DNA from: Fimbriosthenelais zetlandica
Taxonomy: Eukaryota
Length of the DNA stretch: 64,000 nucleotides
Assembly: GCA_977030845.1 (NCBI GenBank)
Contig: OZ365109.1
Location: 22,196,001-22,260,000 of the forward strand
Reading direction: 5' to 3'
In this document: one piece after another, positions 57,691-64,000 of the stretch
Layout: every line of letters starts with the position of its first letter
Position numbering within the stretch: position 1 is the stretch's first letter
Notes under the pieces: model-generated
Told to the model about the DNA's origin: nothing
Seen by the model: only the letters and a program-made list of their open reading frames with translations
Databases searched by the model: none
Program-made: the position numbers and the translations under genes

Positions 57691-58445
57691 GTTTCCCGCC
57701 AGATGACGCCACATACTAGTGGCCAGGGTAGGCCCTCCGTGTTTGGAGTCTTCAGGCCTAGGATTACATAAAGCTTATGAGGGGTGGGGTGCATGCTTGT
57801 ATAGTAGGCTATCCGTCTTGATAGCTTAGTTAGTAGGGCGTTGGTTTTCCACTCGGAAGGTGTCTGGTTCGAGTCCCAGTCGTGGTTGTTCTTTTTCTTC
57901 CCGGTCAGGTGGGTTACAAAAGGGACGTAGACTGCACTGCCACCTGGTCTTTAGCCTAGTTGCGGTAGTTTCCCGTCAGATGGCGCCACATTCTAGTGGT
58001 CAGAGTAGGTCCTCCGTATTTGGAGTCTGCAGGCCTACCTCTAGGCTAGGATTACATAACCAGCATGAGGGGTGGGGTGCATGCTAGGGGAGAGCAAGTC
58101 TTGATAGCTTAGTTGGTAGGGCGTTGACTTCCCTATTGGAAGGTCTATGGTTCGAGTTCTGCTCGTGGTTGTTTTTTTCCTTCCCGGTCAGGTGGGTTAC
58201 AAAAGGGACGTAGATTGCATATGATATATGAGGGGTGGGGTGCATGCTTGGAGTGTCCCAGCCTAGATAGCTCAGTCGGTAGAGCGTTGCATTCCCAATC
58301 GGAGGGACCCAGGTTCGAGTACCGGTACTGGTATGTCTATGGCTGGGGGAGTCTTTGGCCCGACTTAAAACGACCCCCTCTTGACTCACCGGGGGTAAAT
58401 GCCAAAATGGGAGTCCCGTCTGCGAGCGTGAGCCGGAACGTACAA
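57691..58445 (+). repeat. Tandem ~277-bp units with three decayed tRNA-like (SINE-head-like) sequences at 57815-57886, 58098-58169 and 58261-58333
   Basis: A-box (TAGCTCAGTCGGTAGAGC and variants) and B-box (GGTTCGAGT), each preceded by ATGAGGGGTGGGGTGCATGCT. Stems do not pair, so these are not functional tRNAs. Confidence 0.8.
58261..58333 (+). pseudogene. tRNA-Lys-derived pseudo-tRNA / SINE head
   Basis: GCCTAGATAGCTCAGTCGGTAGAGC matches 23/25 of the eukaryotic tRNA-Lys(UUU) 5' end as recalled. Anticodon and T stems are broken. Confidence 0.65.
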
Positions 58446-59642
58446 TTAATTTTTCTCCTAAACTTAAGTTGTGGTAAGCCTATGCCCTCAATTTTTGTAG
58501 GCCTATAGGCTATACCGGTAGGCCTACCAGTGATTTGCCTGTGTTTTCAGATAAAATTAAGTAGGCTTATTTTGAAGTGAAGTTGTAACTTCTTTGTGTA
58601 CCTATCAAGGTACCTATTCATACTCATAGGTGGATCCACCAATTTGAAAGTGCGTGGGGGTGTGGACAGGGGCGGGGGATTGGTGTTAGTCAACTTATGT
58701 AGGCCTATTCTCATAAATGGCCCAAGAAAACCTTCATGTTGACTTATGATGAGAATACATAGGTACCTTGAACAAAGACAAGGTACCGTACAACTCCATT
58801 TATGGCCTCGGGAGGTCCCAGGACAGGTTAACAATAGCAATGATAGACCCACTTGTATAGTGGTATTAACTTATTCTCAGCAAACACGAAAGACATGGCG
58901 TAGGCTTGAAACGAAATTTACCCATTTTACCCCACGGGGGAGATAAATGAACGGTATTTGAACCGGGTGTGATCACGGCTCCACCCACAGAATAAAATAA
59001 TCCTTCAATTATCGACCACTGACATCGCGACTTGAACAAGCATTTTCTTGAAACTATTATTTGTAACATAATCTCAATACTGGAATACGTTTATAAGGAA
59101 TCAAAATGTGTTTTTTCATGCGAATTTGAGAGTTCGAGTTGTTAAAGTAGCCCCACGTGTTAAACACAATTTCAAGAAGTTGAACAATGACTTATTTATT
59201 ACTCATTTATTTTCTCTTCTGCAATTTCGATCTTGAGAAATTATATGGTCTTTTATGCCCATACGTGCCATGGCCTCACATAAGCATGTAATTTTTTATA
59301 GGCTACGTGGCCTAATGGAGATTCTCATGAAATTGTGTGTCCAATTTTCTCTCCATATTTATCACACGTAGCCCTGTATAGAATTTTGGTCGCCGCAGGT
59401 CAGACATGTGTGACAACTAACGTTAGTTTTCACACCGTCTGGATTTCACCCACTCCCGCTAATTTCCAGAATTATAACTGTGAACATTTTCACACCTGAA
59501 GTGTTACAGATGGTGCGAAGAAGCTTTGCAATGGCTGCTATATAAGAAACCTGTGGACTAATGGTTGTCAGTTCACTCCGCTTAAGGATATCTACCATAT
59601 CACATCTGTCATTATTCAGAGACACATTTAAACACCAAGAAA

Positions 59643-62321
59643 ATGACCATCATTGAGGATTATTTAATCGAGGATGAATCTGAATCATCTTTCTGCTCAG
59701 GAATCCAAGATACTAAAAGAGCTGTGCATTTTAATATTGTTAATTCACCGGGATTTGAAACACTTCGAGGTACGTATTTTTAATTTTTATTTATTTTTTT
59801 AATTAACAAAGTGCGCCAAAACCTCTATACCGTACTATAAAAGAGAACACTCTGGAGAGTCAGATAGATTGTTCAAAATAATATTTTTGAGCTGTTGTGA
59901 AAACATAATATGTGTTCAAAGGACTGAAAAAAATGTTCAATATAATACTCAAAAGGTGTTCCTTAGAGGTCTTGTGTATCTGATAAAATGGATAATGCAT
60001 GTATGCTGACTGTCAGCTCATTTTAAGAATGATTATTAATTTATATTAAATTAATAATTATTTTTTTTCCAGGTTTATCCACGATAAGTGCCCGCCCTCG
60101 CCCAGTCACCGCCACCGTCAACCCTCCCCTGACCAGCACCCCTCTCCACGGTCCCCGTACATTCCTCTCATCTGACGGTTCAACTGAATCTCTCATCTCT
60201 ATCCTTGACCATGAGAGCTATGAGAGTCCACTACCCAGTGAAGACGAGGAGCCTGATCATGAATCCAAACCAGAACCTCCCCAAGAGAAAGAAAAGTAAG
60301 CAGAGTTGGTGTATTTTATAACTGAAATAATTTGTGATTATGCTTCAAAGGCCTTTTAAATTATTAGAGGTCCAAAAAACGGATTTCAGAATCAGCCTAG
60401 TAAAATGACTTCGATTCCAATTTTCCCGAATCATTCATTAATTCTATATAATATTTGAACAGAAATGAGGCGTTAAATAAAATGATAAAATTGTTTATCT
60501 GGGAACTTCACTGGATAAACTATTCGGCTTTTAAAACATTGGTGAATTGTAATGTTATTTTAGGGCAATTTATAGACTAATGATGGAAATTTTGAATTAA
60601 TGCAACATATCCTCTTTCTTAACATTCTTACTTATTTTCAAAATCTATTAAGTTCCCTTAAAACCCGTTGTGATGGAGACTATATTCTGTTCTGTTCTGC
60701 ATTGCAGGCCGCGCATTGAGAAATCTCAGAAACGTACAGACACTGCACCCCGATCACAGTCAGCCGGTCTGAGGAAAACCTGCACTCTAGCTGAACGAGA
60801 AAAGAATCAGCTCACAGACTGGGAGAAATGGCTGGTCCGCAAAGCCAAAGAGATGCGCCTCCAAGATGAGAGGAGGAGGCGAGAATTGGAGAAGGAAAAA
60901 GAGAGAAAAAGACAGCTGGAAGAAGATAAGGCAGAGGCGCATAGAAAAAGAGCAGAACGAGCCAGGCAGTACGCGGAAAAGAAAGACTTCAAAGAAAAAC
61001 TGAGAAGGAACAAAGAGAAGCAAATACAAATGGCTAAACAAGAATTGGAAGCAGCTGCCAAACAAGAGTTACAAGAGAAGACAAAAAGGAAATGGCAAGA
61101 GTGGACCAAGCAAAAAGCCGAGGAGGAGAGGAAGAGGAAACAGACAGAGAAGGAAGAGAAAGAAAAGAAAGAAAGGCTGGAAGCAGAACAGAAAGCAAAG
61201 AGTGAAGAGAAAGTGAGGAACTGGTTCAATGAGGTAAAGAAACGGCCGATGAGTGCGCCCAGGAGTTATGCTTATTCTCAAGGAAAACTCACAGGTAGGG
61301 GAGACCGGGGCACCACGGTCACAAAAAATTCATTTGCAATTTTCCGTCAGTCTATTGAACATATTCTGTTCTAATTTTGCAGCTCTGGGGCACCATGAAC
61401 CGTTAGCGGGCCACCATGAACATGTAGGCCTGGGCCCCATGATTATTATATTATCTCCAAAACAAATTAGTGGTTTGTTATATATTGGTGCATTGCATCA
61501 TACTATTACTTGGATTTGGTTTACCTATGATAGGATCTAGCATGAACACAATCCGGGGCAGCATGGACACATTTAAAAAAAATGAAGAAAAGAAATTGAA
61601 GAAAAAGTCCATGGTGCCCCGTCCATGGTGCCCCAGATGACCTTCTCTGACACTTTCAGCTGCAGCTCATGTCATGCTCATTCGATCCCTAATTATCACC
61701 CATCATTACAAACTGATATTGTCACCAATTTATTACAAATAATTTCACCAACCACGCCCAAGTATTCTACAAATAAAATAGAAATTATTTACTTCAAGAA
61801 AATTTACTCCTGGTGGTAAAAAATGAACTTTTGGCCAAAAAATGGGGTTGCTCTATGCTATTGGACTTTTCTCGTAGATATGATATTTGTGGTTCCTAAA
61901 GTGCTCTATAGGTGGCGCCACATGGTTATACGCATAGGGGTAGGTGCTCAAAATCCCGATGTTCATGGTGCCCCGCTGTTCATGGTGCCCCGGTCTCCCC
62001 TAAATATCTATTAACTTAACATTTTCTGCAAATTTCAAATTAAATTCTAACTAGACACATCATGGATGTTTACAGGATATCGTTTGAAAAGCATAAAAGC
62101 TTTAACTACATGACATTTTATACACACTGTTTCGATAATCTAATGCTAAGCATTTCTTTTCTTGCATTTCAGGGTATTATGATAGGAGTGCATACCCAGA
62201 ACCCGCCTTTTACAACCCAATTCCGTGGCAACCTATCCATGTCCCCAACACAGTGACGGAAAAAAAGAAAATCTCTAAAAAGACAAGCAAACGAAAATTT
62301 AATCCTTATAAATATTTATGA
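59643..62321 (+). CDS. CCDC34: Coiled-coil domain-containing protein 34, copy 2 (tandem paralog); exons 59643-59769, 60073-60295, 60708-61294, 62173-62321; 361 aa
   Basis: Same exon lengths as copy 1 (127/223/587/149), no stops or frameshifts, splice sites intact, and a conserved AATAAA at 62496-62501. Confidence 0.88.
61298..62000. mobile_element. 703-bp MITE with TA target-site duplication (Tc1/mariner/pogo-type TSD)
   Basis: Perfect 18-bp TIR GGGGAGACCGGGGCACCA; TA at 61296-97 and 62001-02; multiple subterminal GGGGCACCATGAAC repeats. The empty site is visible in copy 1 (caggTAaatatc). Confidence 0.92.
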
Positions 62322-64000
62322 ACCCAAGAGACTTGATGAAACCACTTTTCAGTCACTGCTAGGATACTCATGAAATAGTTTATTTGCAAATATTCTATTC
62401 ATTGAAGGACAATCTTGTAAGGGAAATGTTTTAATTCCCCTTTTACTATGTAATATATGTCATTGTATTGTGCAAGCCATTGTGATAAACTTGTAAATAA
62501 ATTATATATATTTTATCAAATATTATCTTCTATTTTTATCACCTGTCTTTGTCACTTGTTTTTCCAAGTATGTAATATTATATATATAAAGTAGTTTAAT
62601 TTAGCATTCTTCCAATCTCCTTGGCCGAGACACTTGATCGAAACATTTAGAAAAACGCAGCACATTAAACGCCCCCGCCCAACCTGTTAGTTAAACGTTC
62701 TTGACCTATCCCTAAATATACACGTATAAAATTAAACAAGGGAATACGTATTCCAATTAACCTTTATTTGCTAAAATGATTTCTAAATTCATTTTGAGCT
62801 AAATTAAATCGCAAAAGTGCAAAATCCACAATCTAGTACAAATTCCATTAAAACATGATATTTTCAATCGTGGAATATTTCTAAAAGATATGTATCACTA
62901 ATTTTGTGTGTGTTCACCTCATCTGCAACAAACTATGATGGTGAAGAATAAGGAATACATCATTATACAGAAGAAAACATCACAACCAATTGACCCGATG
63001 AGGATATTTCCAATCTGGACAAAAACCCTTTTTAACCTTTTGACTTTACATTCAAAGGAATTACACAATTTTCAAAGATAAAACCTACACTACAGCAATC
63101 ACGTACTGATTTCTCGAGTGGAATTCTGAGTCGGACAAGTGGGCTATCTATAAAGATGAAATAGCACAAAAGAAGCATCTTCAAAATGTTATGATTTTAA
63201 TAAAGGTAATAGAAGAATTGTGTGAAGGATCGGACAGTTCACATATATAGAAAACTCGTGACAGGAGAGAGAAATTGTGACCAGCATTAACCCTGGAGCA
63301 CAAAGGACCGATTATGATCGGATCCGATCGGGTCCCTTAATTAATCTGATCAGTATAGTGTGATTTGGGCGTCATACGAGAATAGTGACAGGAGGACTTT
63401 ATGGGAGAACCATTACGGACAGAGATAATTGAATGTGGACAAAGTGGACAATTTTCAGTGGATACTGGACATTGAAATTGAAGATAAACACCAGCTTCAA
63501 TTATTTTTCGAATCTCCAATTGAGATAAATGTACAAGAAAACCTTCATGTTGACTTATGATGAGAATACATAGGCACCTTGAACAAAGACAAGGTACAAC
63601 TCCATTTAAAAAAAACTCAAAATCTGATCTGATCATTTAGGCTCAAAGGACATGAAACACTCAAGGCCAACTAGTGTTATTTGTTGACAAAAGTGTCCCT
63701 TTTTGTACATTCAGAGGTAATTCCTTTTCATCAAAATGTACTCTAAACAGATTCAGAACTATAAATGTAAATATTGTGTGAAACTATCAGTCTAGGCAAG
63801 TGAAATCAGTAACACTCGCCTGAGTGGACAAAAGGATAAAAATCTCACAATCTGGAAGTTGTGACTCCTTAGGAATCCAATAAATAGGTGGAAAGTTGGT
63901 TATTATCGACAAAAATGGTTCGATACATTTGGAATTCTGAAGCAACTGACCATCAAGGGAAAGGATCACCCTAAATAAACCCATAAACACCATTCCTAAC

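Larger units (their letters stand above)
56470..59376. mobile_element. 2.9-kb foldback-type element with ~600-bp near-identical inverted arms (56470-57084 and 58801-59376)
   Basis: Arms begin CAGGGCTACGTGTGATAAATATGG and match over ~550 bp with few substitutions and two larger indels. The ORF track shows the same peptide on opposite strands. No transposase and no clear TSD. Confidence 0.85.
59320..62860 (+). repeat. Tandem segmental duplication of the CCDC34 locus (homologous to ~52295-55075)
   Basis: Promoter, exons, introns and 3' flank align, e.g. cagacatgtgtgacaactaa at ~52367/59401 and aaatcgcaaaagNgcaaaatccacaatcta at ~55011/62806. Confidence 0.9.

Noticed and set aside
57815-58333. 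Functional tRNA genes
   Set aside because: Anticodon and T stems do not pair; reported as tRNA-derived repeats instead.
63787-64000. Minus-strand 68-aa ORF at the window edge
   Set aside because: No recognisable motif and it is truncated by the window; I cannot tell an exon from chance.

Overview
AT-rich, intron-dense metazoan (probably marine invertebrate) genomic DNA. There is no prokaryotic content and no CRISPR array. About 50 kb of the minus strand is one giant gene, a divergent dynein heavy chain best matching DNHD1. I traced 91 coding exons by splice sites and phase, giving about 15.3 kb of CDS (~5,100 aa); the gene runs off the left edge inside AAA6/C-terminal sequence. Its AAA1 Walker B lacks the catalytic glutamate and its AAA4 P-loop is degenerate, while the microtubule-binding domain is well preserved. 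Head-to-head on the plus strand are two intact tandem copies of CCDC34 (4 exons, 361 aa each, ~7.0 kb apart). Between and inside them is a cluster of non-autonomous DNA transposons: an 849-bp element with an 8-bp TSD, a 2.9-kb foldback element with ~600-bp arms carrying three tRNA-Lys-derived decayed repeats, and a 703-bp TA-TSD MITE inserted in a splice donor of copy 2. DNHD1 intron 13 is almost entirely a nested TAG...CTA (Academ-like) element holding a 21-nt minisatellite and a TTAA-flanked MITE. All calls were made by eye without database searches.
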